A stretch of 64,000 nucleotides of DNA from an uncultured Gemmatimonadales bacterium (lineage in GTDB: Bacteria > Gemmatimonadota > Gemmatimonadetes > Gemmatimonadales > Gemmatimonadaceae), in NCBI GenBank assembly GCA_963707505.1, contig CAVPQB010000003.1, forward strand, positions 512,001 through 576,000, given 5' to 3'. A model generated the notes under the pieces. The model searched no databases. It was not told where the DNA came from and worked only from the letters and a program-made list of their open reading frames with translations. Both the position numbers and the translations under genes were made by a program. Shown piece by piece: positions 19,322 through 32,294 of this stretch (the stretch's first letter is position 1; every line of letters starts with the position of its first letter).

Positions 19322-20137
19322 CTACCAGCTGCCGCCACCACCGCCACCACTGAATCCGCCGCCGCCGCCGAAACCGCCAAATCCGCCGCCTCCACCACCA
19401 AATCCGCCACCGCCGCCGGAGAAGCCACCGAATCCGCCTCCGCCCCATGGGATGAATAGCGGGAGGCAGCCACCACAACCGCCGCCGCGGCGACCGCGAC
19501 GAAGGTTACTCAGCATGATCACTACGAAGACGATCGCCAGAAAGATCATCTGCGGCGGGAAACCGCTGCCGCTGGGCTCGGGTGCCGTTTCTGGCTCCGG
19601 CGCATGCAGTGCGGTGTCGAGCGTAAAATGGAACTCGTTCGCGAAGCGTTGAGCGGTGAGGAGCGTCAGCAGCTGGATGCCGCCGCCGTAATCCTTCCGT
19701 TTGAAGAACGGGATCGCCTGCCTGCACATGGTGCCGGCGTCGGCGTCGGTTACAAAACCTTCGGCGCCGTTGCCTACGAGTATGAAGCACTCGCCCTTGC
19801 CGTCGGAGTTGGTTTCCTTGGGAACGACCAGGATCACGGCACCAGCGTTGCGCGTCGGGTCGCCTGGATTGCCGATCTTTCCGACCTTCCACTGGCGGCC
19901 GATCTTGAGCGCAACGTCGGACGGTGCGTAGTCGCCGATGTCGGGAAGCGTGACGACGGTGAATTCGCCGCGCGACTTGTTGCGCACATCGCTGGCGATC
20001 TGCTCTATGTGGGCCGCAGCATCGGCAGGAATTACATGGGCAAAGTCGTTGACGAGCCCCACCGGCTGCGGGATCGTCGGACCACTCTGGACGAGGAGCG
20101 CCAGAAGCGCCGATTGAAGTAGGGTCTGGAGCACCAT
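19322..20137 (-). CDS. TPM domain (YgcG/DUF477) membrane protein with Gly-rich tail
   Basis: VNDFA, WKVG, one TM helix, GGGGFSGGGGGGSW terminus. Confidence 0.92.
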   Translation of the reverse strand: MVLQTLLQSALLALLVQSGPTIPQPVGLVNDFAHVIPADAAAHIEQIASDVRNKSRGEFTVVTLPDIGDYAPSDVALKIGRQWKVGKIGNPGDPTRNAGAVILVVPKETNSDGKGECFILVGNGAEGFVTDADAGTMCRQAIPFFKRKDYGGGIQLLTLLTAQRFANEFHFTLDTALHAPEPETAPEPSGSGFPPQMIFLAIVFVVIMLSNLRRGRRGGGCGGCLPLFIPWGGGGFGGFSGGGGGFGGGGGGFGGFGGGGGFSGGGGGGSW

Positions 20138-20149
20138 AGTATTTACGGC

Positions 20150-20851
20150 ATGCGTACTACACTAGTCAACGGACTCGCTGGACTCTCACTCGCGGCCTCG
20201 ATCACATTTGTGTCTCTGGGCTGCGCCAAACCGAACGGTCATACGGCAAGTGACACGCCGACAGCGGGTGGATCGCCCGTGGCTGTGGCGGGCACACTCA
20301 CCGACTCGCTTTCCAAAACGGCGGACTCGAGTCGCATCCAGGGATCGCCATCGGCCAAGATCTGGGTGATCGAGGTGAGCGACTTCCAGTGTCCGTACTG
20401 CAAGGAATGGCACGACGCAACATACAAGATGGTGCTGGACGATTACGTGAAGACGGGCAAGGTACGCATGGCTTACGTCAACTTCCCGCTGTCTATCCAC
20501 GCGCACGCACATCAGGCTGCGATCGCAGCGATGTGCGCGGGCGCGCAGAACAAGTTCTGGCAGATGCACGACGCACTGTTCGCGTCGCAGTCGAGCTGGG
20601 AAGCGCTGCCGGATCCGACGGCGAGCTTCGATTCGCTGGCCAGGTCGGTCGGGGTCGATGAGGCCAGGTATCATGCGTGTCTCAGCTCTCCATCCATCGC
20701 CGCACTGGTGGCCGGCGATCAACAGCGCGCGAAAGGCGGCGGCGTAACGGCGACGCCAAGTTTCTGGGTTGGCGGCAAGCTGATCGAGGGGGCGATTCCG
20801 ACGAGCGAGATGAAGGCGGCGATCGATCAGGCGCTCGAAGCGACGAAGTGA
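20150..20851 (+). CDS. DsbA-family thioredoxin-fold protein (probable lipoprotein)
   Basis: SDFQCPYC, FPL, KFWQMHDALF, GVTATPSF. Confidence 0.92.
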   Translation: MRTTLVNGLAGLSLAASITFVSLGCAKPNGHTASDTPTAGGSPVAVAGTLTDSLSKTADSSRIQGSPSAKIWVIEVSDFQCPYCKEWHDATYKMVLDDYVKTGKVRMAYVNFPLSIHAHAHQAAIAAMCAGAQNKFWQMHDALFASQSSWEALPDPTASFDSLARSVGVDEARYHACLSSPSIAALVAGDQQRAKGGGVTATPSFWVGGKLIEGAIPTSEMKAAIDQALEATK

Positions 20852-20884
20852 GTTTGAAGTGAGTTTGAAGTGAGTTTGAAGTGA
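20845..20884. repeat. 11-bp tandem repeat GAAGTGAGTTT x3.6 spanning the DsbA-like stop codon
   Basis: Read directly from the sequence. Confidence 0.9.
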
Positions 20885-20953
20885 CAGGCACGGATGCATC
20901 TGTGCCCCACATTCGCGAGCCATCTTTGCTACTGGTGAGTTTCGTTACTGCGA

Positions 20954-20993
20954 AGATCGATAACATGGGTTCCCGCTTTCGCGGGAATGACGA
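20954..20993. repeat. REP/dRS3-like element copy 2
   Basis: AGATCGATAACATGGGTTCCCGCTTTCGCGGGAATGACGA, 39/40 identical to 17966-18005. Confidence 0.85.
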
Positions 20994-21020
20994 CAGCCGG
21001 GATGACGGAGCGCGCCCCTC

Positions 21021-22310
21021 ATGACTCCCTGGCTTCGCGTCGCGTACGGAGCCGCTGCAAAAACGGCGGAGATGATCAGTCTCGTGACGCCGCGCACAAC
21101 AGAAAGCAAGCTTGCCAGAGCGTTTGTCGCGCGACAGGGAATCAGGCGACGTTACCGGAACTGGGGCGCCAGGGGACGGGACAGGTCGCGGCCGCTGCTG
21201 TGGATTCACGCGGCCTCCGTCGGCGAGGGGCTCATGGCGTTACCCATAGTTCACAGTGTCCGGAGTGCGTTACCAAACGTGCAGATTGCGTACACGTTCT
21301 TCTCGCCCAGCGCGGAGCCACTCGCGAAGCAGATGGGTGCGGACTTCAGTGACTATCTACCGTTCGATTCGGCCGGCGCTGCGCGAGTCGCGATCGATGC
21401 GCTCGATCCGACGGCGCTCGTGTTCGCGAAAGGCGACGTGTGGCCGGCGCTGGTTCGAGAAGCGTCATCACAGGGAGTCAGACTGGCCCTCGTGAGTGCT
21501 TCGATTCCCGCGAGCTCGCTGCGCAAGAGCGCCATGGGGTCGATGATAACGCGCGACGCGTATCGGTCGCTGGACGCGGTTGGAGCCGCGAGTACGGAGG
21601 ATGCCACGCGCATCATCGAAGCCGGCGCGCGCGCCGATCATGTGCGCGTGACGGGTGATACCCGTTACGACCAGGCGTGGGCCCGTGCACGCACGGAGCC
21701 ACGCAATACCGAGATCGTCGCTGCACTTAGTTCGTCGCGACCGACTCTCGTCGCAGGATCGACGTGGCGTTCCGACGAGCGCGAGCTGCTCGTGGCGTGG
21801 CGAGCGTTACGTGCGCAGGTGCCGGACGCCCGCTTGATAATTGCGCCACACGAACTGGCAGAGGGCCACGTCGCCGCAATCGAACACTGGGCCAGGGCCA
21901 GCTCGCTGTCCGCGTCGCCGCTCGCGTCCGCGACGCCATCGACCGACGTGATAATAGTCGATCGTCTCGGGGTGCTCGCAGATCTGTATGCGCTCGCTAC
22001 AGTTGCGTACGTCGGAGGTGGGTTTCACGATGCCGGACTGCATTCACTTGTCGAGCCAGCGGTATTTCGAGTGCCGGTGATAATCGGTCCTCGTCATGAG
22101 GACTCTCGCGACGCAGCCCTGATGCTGGCGACCGGTGGCGCCGCGAGCGTCGATGATGCGCAGCAACTGTCACGCACCATGATTCGTCTCTTCACCAGCG
22201 AAGAGGAGCGCGCGGACCGCGCGGACGCGATCGGCGCAGTAGTCGCGGGTGAGCTAGGCGCCGTCGACCGTACTTTCGAGATCGTTCGTGAGCTGCTGCG
22301 GGCGGTGTAG
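21021..22310 (+). CDS. waaA: 3-deoxy-D-manno-octulosonic acid (Kdo) transferase
   Basis: WIHAASVGE, YLPFD, VTGDTRYD, AGSTW, IIAPH, AYVGGGF, HSLVEPA. Confidence 0.9.
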   Translation: MTPWLRVAYGAAAKTAEMISLVTPRTTESKLARAFVARQGIRRRYRNWGARGRDRSRPLLWIHAASVGEGLMALPIVHSVRSALPNVQIAYTFFSPSAEPLAKQMGADFSDYLPFDSAGAARVAIDALDPTALVFAKGDVWPALVREASSQGVRLALVSASIPASSLRKSAMGSMITRDAYRSLDAVGAASTEDATRIIEAGARADHVRVTGDTRYDQAWARARTEPRNTEIVAALSSSRPTLVAGSTWRSDERELLVAWRALRAQVPDARLIIAPHELAEGHVAAIEHWARASSLSASPLASATPSTDVIIVDRLGVLADLYALATVAYVGGGFHDAGLHSLVEPAVFRVPVIIGPRHEDSRDAALMLATGGAASVDDAQQLSRTMIRLFTSEEERADRADAIGAVVAGELGAVDRTFEIVRELLRAV

Positions 22311-23591
22311 GTAGAATCCCTGCACGAGGTGCACGCCAAGTGATTTGACGACTTCGTATTCCTGTTCGTACTCGACGCCTTCGGCGATCACCATCGCACT
22401 CTGGTCGTTGGCGAAACGAACCATCGTCGCGACCAGGTTCTGCTTGATGAAGTTCGTGTCGATTCCGTTGATGAGCGATATGTCGAGCTTGATGAAATCC
22501 GGCTCGAGATTCGCGATGGAGCCGAGGCCGGCGTAGCCGCTGCCGGCGTCGTCGACGGCGAAGCGGAAGCCCTTGTCGCGGAACGCGCGCAGTCGCTCGC
22601 GGAACTTCGGGTAGTCCTTGATCGCGGTGCGCTCGGTGATCTCGATGACCACGCGATGCGCGTCGGACGCACCGAGTGCGGTGTCGCCGAATGCGGGATC
22701 GGCGAAATCGTGCGGGTCCACGTTCACGAACAGAGCTTCGCCTGGCTTGAGCAACTGAGATATTCCTTCGACCGCGCGGTCTCGGCACAGGCGGCTCAAC
22801 TCCCAGATCAGGCCTGCGCGCGCGGCAACCTCGAACATCACCTCGGGTCGACGCAAGGACCGCATCGATCCACGCGCGAGCGCCTCGTAGCCGAATACTC
22901 GTCCGTCCGCGGCATGCACGATCGGATGGTAGTCCACGTATACCGCGCGCGCGCGCAGTGTCTCGCGCAGGTCGTCGACGAGTCGCGCCCGCTCGCGCTG
23001 CTCCAGATTGTGTGCATTGCTCGCAGCTTCGCGGATTCCGCGATAGACTACGCGTTCGAGTCGTGCCTTCGGATCGTACTGGACCACCGCACGTCCAACG
23101 TAGAGATCGAACAACGATGCAACGTCGGCGCCGTGGATGCGCTCGAGCGCGTCCGCGATTCCTTCATTCAGCCGCGCGATGAGCGGCTCGCTGATATAGC
23201 CATCGTCCCCTTCTTCGCGGCCGGGTGGCTCGTTCGGCGGAACGTAAAACAAGAGAAAGTCGTCGTCGTTGGCGTGGCTCAGGGCGAGGCGTGCAGCACG
23301 CAGTGGGGTTTCCGCGAGAATGACTGCCAGCTCGCGCGCGGTGGTATCGAGCACCGCGTCGAGCTTCTCCCATCCGTAGATCTCTTCGATCTTGGCGTAG
23401 CGGTCGAAGTTGAGGTACAGGATCACCAGTGCGCCACGATCCTGCACCGCGCCGCGAAGGCCATCGATCGCGGCGGCAAGGGTAGGCATCGCATTGCGCG
23501 CGTCCTTCTCGGGAAACGCCAGCGACGCGGCCGCTACAGAATCGCCCACGCGGCGACCGAGTGGCGGCCCGCCGACGTACTTGGCCGTCAC
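22254..23591 (-). CDS. EAL c-di-GMP phosphodiesterase with degenerate GGDEF domain
   Basis: YHPIV, YEALARG, FVNV, EITE, AVDDAGSGY, IKLD, IAEGVE, VQGFY; N-terminal GGDEF-like region reads ANDDDF. Confidence 0.88.
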   Translation of the reverse strand: MTAKYVGGPPLGRRVGDSVAAASLAFPEKDARNAMPTLAAAIDGLRGAVQDRGALVILYLNFDRYAKIEEIYGWEKLDAVLDTTARELAVILAETPLRAARLALSHANDDDFLLFYVPPNEPPGREEGDDGYISEPLIARLNEGIADALERIHGADVASLFDLYVGRAVVQYDPKARLERVVYRGIREAASNAHNLEQRERARLVDDLRETLRARAVYVDYHPIVHAADGRVFGYEALARGSMRSLRRPEVMFEVAARAGLIWELSRLCRDRAVEGISQLLKPGEALFVNVDPHDFADPAFGDTALGASDAHRVVIEITERTAIKDYPKFRERLRAFRDKGFRFAVDDAGSGYAGLGSIANLEPDFIKLDISLINGIDTNFIKQNLVATMVRFANDQSAMVIAEGVEYEQEYEVVKSLGVHLVQGFYLHRPQQLTNDLESTVDGA

Positions 23592-24043
23592 GCCTGAATT
23601 GCCGGACTCGCGGGACTCGTCGGAGTTGCCGAGCCTGTCGGATCGTCCGGACGCGCCGCTAGCGTGGCGGCATTTCGCCGCAATGCGGCAATCAGTTTCG
23701 AGAAATCCAATGGTTTCTCCAGAAAGTCATCGGCGCCGGACTGCAATGCGGTCCGCTTGTCGGCGAGGTCGTCGCGCGCCGTGACCATAATAACGCGGAT
23801 GCCCGCTGCGCGGGCGGGATCGCTTTTCATCAACCGGCAAACTTCCCAGCCGTCACGTCCGGGCATCATCACGTCGAGAAGGACCACGTGCGGATCCACT
23901 TCCTGGAATCTGCGCAGTGCATCATCACCGTCGTATGCTACGTCGACAGTGTATTCCTTCGTCGATTCGAGATACTGTCGGATGATGTCGGCGTTGTCGC
24001 GGTTGTCATCCACCACGAGTACACGCAGGAGCTTATCAGGCAT
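23588..24043 (-). CDS. Single-domain response regulator (receiver)
   Basis: VLVVDD, LLDVMMP, MVTA, FLEKP; GTGA overlap with the EAL gene. Confidence 0.9.
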   Translation of the reverse strand: MPDKLLRVLVVDDNRDNADIIRQYLESTKEYTVDVAYDGDDALRRFQEVDPHVVLLDVMMPGRDGWEVCRLMKSDPARAAGIRVIMVTARDDLADKRTALQSGADDFLEKPLDFSKLIAALRRNAATLAARPDDPTGSATPTSPASPAIQA

Positions 24044-24271
24044 CGGTCCCTTTGAGCCAAGGTCAGAGGGAAATAAGTGCAAAAGGGGGACCCGAACGGT
24101 CCGCTGGCACGCTACCCCGCGATGACTGCGGCGAACAGGCCGGGAATATCGATGACGGGCGCTGGAGATTGCGAGTCGGGCTGCCATCGGAGGCGGTCGT
24201 AGGGGATCTCCGGACGACCGTCCAGGGGATGCCAGTGCTCGACGAGCTGGACAGCGGAGGGTCGGCAGCAG

Positions 24272-24300
24272 ATGGATTCCCGCTTTCGCGGGAATGACGA
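24272..24300. repeat. REP/dRS3-like element copy 3
   Basis: ATGGATTCCCGCTTTCGCGGGAATGACGA, ~50 bp downstream of atpC. Confidence 0.85.
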
Positions 24301-24351
24301 CCAGCCGCTGACGCGACGTACGCGCACTCAGCGGCGTGTGCCTTGACTGCG

Positions 24352-26082
<1,731 letters not shown>

Positions 26083-26093
26083 CTAGCCATGAT

Positions 26094-26976
26094 CTATCCC
26101 TGCAGCGCCGCGGCGCCGCCGACGATCTCGGCGATTTCCTGCGTGATCTGCGCCTGACGCGCGCGGTTGTACGTGCGGCGCGAGAACGTTGAGCATGTCG
26201 CTCGCGTTGTCCGTCGCGTTCTTCATCGCCGTGCGCTGCGCGCGCGTAGCACGCCGGCCGTCGTCTCGACGAGCGCGCGATAGACCGCGTTGCGCACGTA
26301 GAGCGGCAGCAGCTCGCCGAGAATCGCTTCGGCGGTCGGCACGAGCATGTAGTCGCGCTGCGGTCGCCTTGCGTCGCGGCGGCGTCACCGGCAGCACCTG
26401 CTCCGCCGTCGGCGGCGTCGAGAGCGCCGACTTGAAGCTTGGCGTAGACGACGTACACCGCGTCGAGCTCGCCGCTCGACGAACGTCGTCGATGAGATCG
26501 TTCGACGAGCTCGCGCGGCGTTGCTCCGCCGTCGGCCGGTCGCCGATGTCGGTGCGGCTCGATCGCGATCGTCGCGACCGACGTAGCGGAAGTAGCCGAG
26601 CCCCTTGCTTGCCGACGACGTGCAGCGTCGACCTCGACGCCCTCGCCGCTCGAGCCGCTGCGATCGCGCGCGCGCGCTTCCTTGATCAGATTCGCGTTGA
26701 ACGCGCCGGCGAGTCCGCGGTTCGCGGTGAGCAGCATGACCGCCGCGCGTCTTGATCTGCGCCGGCTGCCGCAGCAGCGGGAAGCGCTCGGCGAGCTCCG
26801 GCGAGTAGAGGCTCGCGATCACCTCCGCGCAGCGCGTGCGCGTACGGACGCGCCGCGACGACGCGATCCTGCGCGCGCTTCATCTTCGACGTCGCGACCA
26901 TCTCCATCGTGCGCGTGATCTTGCGCGTGTTCTCGACGGACTTGATGCGACCTTTGAGCTCGCGTCCCTTCGCCAT
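26094..26976 (-). CDS. atpG: ATP synthase F1 gamma subunit (frameshifted)
   Basis: [71 protein letters not shown]. Confidence 0.9.
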
Positions 26977-26993
26977 GACGTCAGCTGTTACGA

Positions 26994-28615
<1,622 letters not shown>

Positions 28616-28665
28616 GATTCAAGTCGGGAAGTGGTCAGGTGCTTGTGGCGAGCTTGTGAAAATTA

Positions 28666-29493
28666 TCACAAGCCTCCTTTTCCTGCAACTCGGCTCCTGG
28701 TTCTGCCCTGAACGAAACGGTCCACGAGGTCGATCGCCCGGAGACCAGAAAGCGAGGCCGGCCGGGTACTCGCGATACGCTGAGTGGTAACGGCGAGGTG
28801 AGACGAGGACGCAAATCCCAGTACCGCCGCCACATCCCGGACGTCGTAGCCCGGATTCTTGGACAGCTCTGCCGCCGAAATCAGCCGGACAAGGTCGATG
28901 ACCCGCTTGAGATTGGCCCCCCGGTCCCGGGCGAAGTTTCTACTCAAATGTTCCCGCGTGACACCCATCACCGCTGCAAGGGTCGTTGTGGTCACCGGTC
29001 GGCCGGCATGGTGTACGATTGCCCGCCAGGTTTTGCGTTGAGTCTCGCTGGTGAGGCCGAGTGAGTCTGGCGCGTCCGTCAGCGCTCTGGCGAAGCGCGA
29101 CGAGTAGCTCAGAGGCGCAATGATATCACGCGCACTCGCCTCGTCGATGTGCTCACACAGAACATCGGCAAAACCGAGCACGGCGGTGCGCGCAACGGCT
29201 TCTGCGTCGGTAGTGCGAAAAGGGAGCAGTCCGAAGAACGGCGTGCTCGGGAAATCAACGGCGCGTGCAGCAAGCGTCCAGTGCGTGTCACCCTGCGCGG
29301 CGAGATCGATGACTACAGCATCGATGAGTTCACGACGTATCGCGGCTTCGAACTCCTCGACGTTGCGCACGAGGACGGTGTGCCCGCGCCGCCGCGGAAA
29401 CGCGGCGCGCACGAACGCGCGCGCGCGCTCGCGTCCGGCATAAACAAGAATGCACGGGAACGCTGGAGATGCGGAATCGATCACCGACGTCAT
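28666..29493 (-). CDS. AraC-type HTH regulator with receiver-like N-terminal domain
   Basis: C-terminal LAAVMGVTREHLSRNF and VAAVLGFASSSHL twin HTH. Confidence 0.8.
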   Translation of the reverse strand: MTSVIDSASPAFPCILVYAGRERARAFVRAAFPRRRGHTVLVRNVEEFEAAIRRELIDAVVIDLAAQGDTHWTLAARAVDFPSTPFFGLLPFRTTDAEAVARTAVLGFADVLCEHIDEASARDIIAPLSYSSRFARALTDAPDSLGLTSETQRKTWRAIVHHAGRPVTTTTLAAVMGVTREHLSRNFARDRGANLKRVIDLVRLISAAELSKNPGYDVRDVAAVLGFASSSHLAVTTQRIASTRPASLSGLRAIDLVDRFVQGRTRSRVAGKGGL

Positions 29494-29494
29494 G

Positions 29495-30247
29495 TTAGAC
29501 GCCCGCCAGGGCTGCGTCCAGACTCGGCTTGCCTTCTATGAACTGTCGCACGACGGGATCACTGGTTTGCTGAATCTCGGCGACGGTACCGACCTGCCGC
29601 ACCTTGCCTTCGTACAGCATGGCGATGCGCGTGCCAACGCTGTACGCGCTGCGCATGTCGTGCGTGATGACGACGCTCGTGACACCGAGCTTGTCGCGCA
29701 TGCGAATCATGAGCTCGTCGATGACCGCGGAGGTCACCGGATCGAGCCCAGTCGTCGGCTCATCGTACAATATGTACTTGGGTCGTTTGGCGATTGCGCG
29801 CGCGATACCAACTCGCTTGCGCATTCCGCCAGAGAGCTCCGCGGGGTATTTGGACTCGGCGTCCGGGAGATCGACGAGCGCGAGCGACTCGGTGACACGT
29901 TCCGCGATTTCCTTCTCAGACATGGTGCGCATCTTTCGCAACGCCATCGCGACGTTCTCTCCCACGGTTAGCGAATCAAACAGTGCGGCGAACTGGAATA
30001 CGTAACCGATTCTACCACGCAGCTCGTATAGTTGCTCGCGCGGCAGCTCCGGTACTTCGAGCCCGTCGACAAAGACCGTGCCGCTATCCGGAAGCAGGAG
30101 CCCGACTATGTGCTTGATGGCGACCGATTTACCGGTACCGGAATAGCCGATGATCACCATCGTCTCTCCCTCGTCGACTTCAAGCGTGAATCCCTCGAGC
30201 ACCTTCTTGTCACCGAAGGATTTGTAAACGTCGTCGAGTTTGATCAT
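29495..30247 (-). CDS. mlaF: ABC ATPase, MlaF/Mkl family
   Basis: GYSGTGKS, VFQFAALFDSL, ELSGGMRKRVGIARAI, YDEPTTGLDP, VRQFIEG. Confidence 0.88.
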   Translation of the reverse strand: MIKLDDVYKSFGDKKVLEGFTLEVDEGETMVIIGYSGTGKSVAIKHIVGLLLPDSGTVFVDGLEVPELPREQLYELRGRIGYVFQFAALFDSLTVGENVAMALRKMRTMSEKEIAERVTESLALVDLPDAESKYPAELSGGMRKRVGIARAIAKRPKYILYDEPTTGLDPVTSAVIDELMIRMRDKLGVTSVVITHDMRSAYSVGTRIAMLYEGKVRQVGTVAEIQQTSDPVVRQFIEGKPSLDAALAGV

Positions 30248-30328
30248 TTGGCACCGGCAGAAATCACAAACATGAAATTTAACCCACCGGGCTGGCGTCA
30301 GCCGGCGAGGCGTTTCACAAGGAAATTA

Positions 30329-31996
30329 TCACCGGGGCCGCACCTCATAGAGATAGAAGCGCTCGGGGACGAGAGCGTCGCCGAGGGCAGCCAGCGGTCG
30401 AATGGCGAGCGATGCGGAAGTTGCGTCGAGTGAATGGTTCAGGATAAGAATCATCACGGAATCCCGAGCCGCACAGCACGCATCGATGCGAGACAGCACT
30501 TGCGCGTCGTCGATGATGGCCGCCGGCATATTCAGCGGTGCAAACGTCATCAGCACATTGCGGTCCAGCGCAAAAATCGGCCTGTCGAGATAGCCTGAAA
30601 TGGTGGTTGCATTGAAGCCGGGCGACGCCAGGAGGGGAAGTTGATCCAGGCCATGCGAACGTATGTAGTCGGCGGCGGCCTTACCTTCCGAAAAGGGCAT
30701 CACGTAATCAGCGACGATCCGGAAGCCGCCGCCGATCACCTGAAGAGCGAGCAGTGCGATTATCGCGAGCTGTGCGCGCCCGTCGAGCCAGCGCACCGGT
30801 GCGGATTTCGCGATCGTTTGCGGTTCGGGCGGACTGTCCGCCGCCCGGGCTGCAGCAAACCACAGCGCCATTATTGCGGCGAGAAAGAAATAACCGTGGT
30901 GATACAGCGAACCACCATAAACAAAGATGGAGAACACCACCAGAATGCACGTTGCGGACAGATACAGGCTCAACGCGAACACTGACCGGCGCATGAGCAT
31001 CGCGAACAGCACAACGCCGATGATCGACAATATGCCCGCGAGAACCGCTCCCTTGTGCGATCGATCTACAAGAAAATTCGCCCACCAGATGTCACTGGTC
31101 TCTTCCATCCGAGGGATCGGTACATAGCCGCGCCAGATGGGCGCGATTGCGACTAACGGTCTCTCCGCCACACTGAACTGCTCGGCGCGTCGCGCTCCCG
31201 CGAGTCCCGGCCCGATGAACGCGTTGTCCGGCGAGGGCCGCACCTGCACCGCGGCGAGCAATACCGCAACTGCACCAACCAGAACTGGAAGCGCTACGCG
31301 GCGGATTCGCTCACGTCGTGCTGCGCCGCCTGGCGCAAATAGTGCGTCGGCGACAAGCGCAATGCCGCATGCGACGACGAGCATGGAGCCGTACACGCTC
31401 GTGTCTGCGAGGAGCGCCATTACCACCGCTGCCATTCCATAACGCGGCTTCGGCCGTGCCAGAATGACGCACAACAAGATCGCAAGCGTGAGTCCCAGCC
31501 CGTAACTGCGTGCCACTATGGTCCAGCCGTACACAACGAAGTAGCCGAACGCGAAGAGCACGCGAATCAGGCGTGGGAACGGAGCGAAGCGTGCAAACAG
31601 GTATACGGTGTAACAGCTGAATAGCAGCGCGATGGGCTGGATCCATCGCGGATCGCGTACCGCCTGTGCGATCGGGCGAAGCAGCAGGTACCAGAGACTG
31701 GGGTGCCCCTCAAAATGGAGTGCATGAAACAGGTCACGAAGGGACGCTGCGTCTCGCGCAAGCAACCATGCCTGGATTTCGTCGCGCCACATCTCGTGGT
31801 GCAACATCACGGGCACCGTCACTACCAGAAATGCCGCGACGACGATCAGTGCGAACAGGCGCTCTGTTTGCGCGGTTGGCGTGCGGGATTCCGTACCGAG
31901 CGGGGACTCTTCCGAGATTCGTCCGGCGCCGCTCAAGCGAAAATCATTGGTGTCGGCGGTGTCAGCGCGGAGTATGGCGCGGCGTGCTCGCCGCAT
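30329..31996 (-). CDS. Multi-pass membrane protein, probable GT-C fold glycosyltransferase (start uncertain)
   Basis: HEMWRDEIQAW acidic pair after TM1, EGHPSLWY, ARSYG, ~11 TM helices and a soluble C-terminal domain. Confidence 0.65.
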   Translation of the reverse strand: MRRARRAILRADTADTNDFRLSGAGRISEESPLGTESRTPTAQTERLFALIVVAAFLVVTVPVMLHHEMWRDEIQAWLLARDAASLRDLFHALHFEGHPSLWYLLLRPIAQAVRDPRWIQPIALLFSCYTVYLFARFAPFPRLIRVLFAFGYFVVYGWTIVARSYGLGLTLAILLCVILARPKPRYGMAAVVMALLADTSVYGSMLVVACGIALVADALFAPGGAARRERIRRVALPVLVGAVAVLLAAVQVRPSPDNAFIGPGLAGARRAEQFSVAERPLVAIAPIWRGYVPIPRMEETSDIWWANFLVDRSHKGAVLAGILSIIGVVLFAMLMRRSVFALSLYLSATCILVVFSIFVYGGSLYHHGYFFLAAIMALWFAAARAADSPPEPQTIAKSAPVRWLDGRAQLAIIALLALQVIGGGFRIVADYVMPFSEGKAAADYIRSHGLDQLPLLASPGFNATTISGYLDRPIFALDRNVLMTFAPLNMPAAIIDDAQVLSRIDACCAARDSVMILILNHSLDATSASLAIRPLAALGDALVPERFYLYEVRPR

Positions 31997-32294
31997 TGTA
32001 GATGACGCCTATCAAGCGTCCGATCGCGTAACCGATGACGAACGCGTAAACGAAGCCGAACAACGCACCATGCCAGGTGACGCTGTAGCCAGGCAGGAAG
32101 ATTGCCAGCAGTGCGAGATGCGGCCCAACGACGGGACCGCCCTTGATCACGAGGAACAACGTTGCGATAGAGAGGCCGAGGGCGAAAACCAGCCCCATTG
32201 CAACACCCCATGCGCGCCCGTTGATGCGAGCGAGTGTCCTGCGAAGTTCGTCGTCTGCTCTCGTCACGCGGTCTGCTCCGCCGGATGCTGTCAT
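31962..32294 (-). CDS. Small hypothetical membrane protein (paralog A)
   Basis: ATGA-coupled start MTASGG; two hydrophobic segments around FLPGYSVT. Confidence 0.75.
   Translation of the reverse strand: MTASGGADRVTRADDELRRTLARINGRAWGVAMGLVFALGLSIATLFLVIKGGPVVGPHLALLAIFLPGYSVTWHGALFGFVYAFVIGYAIGRLIGVIYNAASTPRHTPR

Noticed and set aside
19325..19445. GC-rich low-complexity repeat and Pro-rich antisense ORF
   Set aside because: It is the normal Gly-rich tail of the TPM protein.
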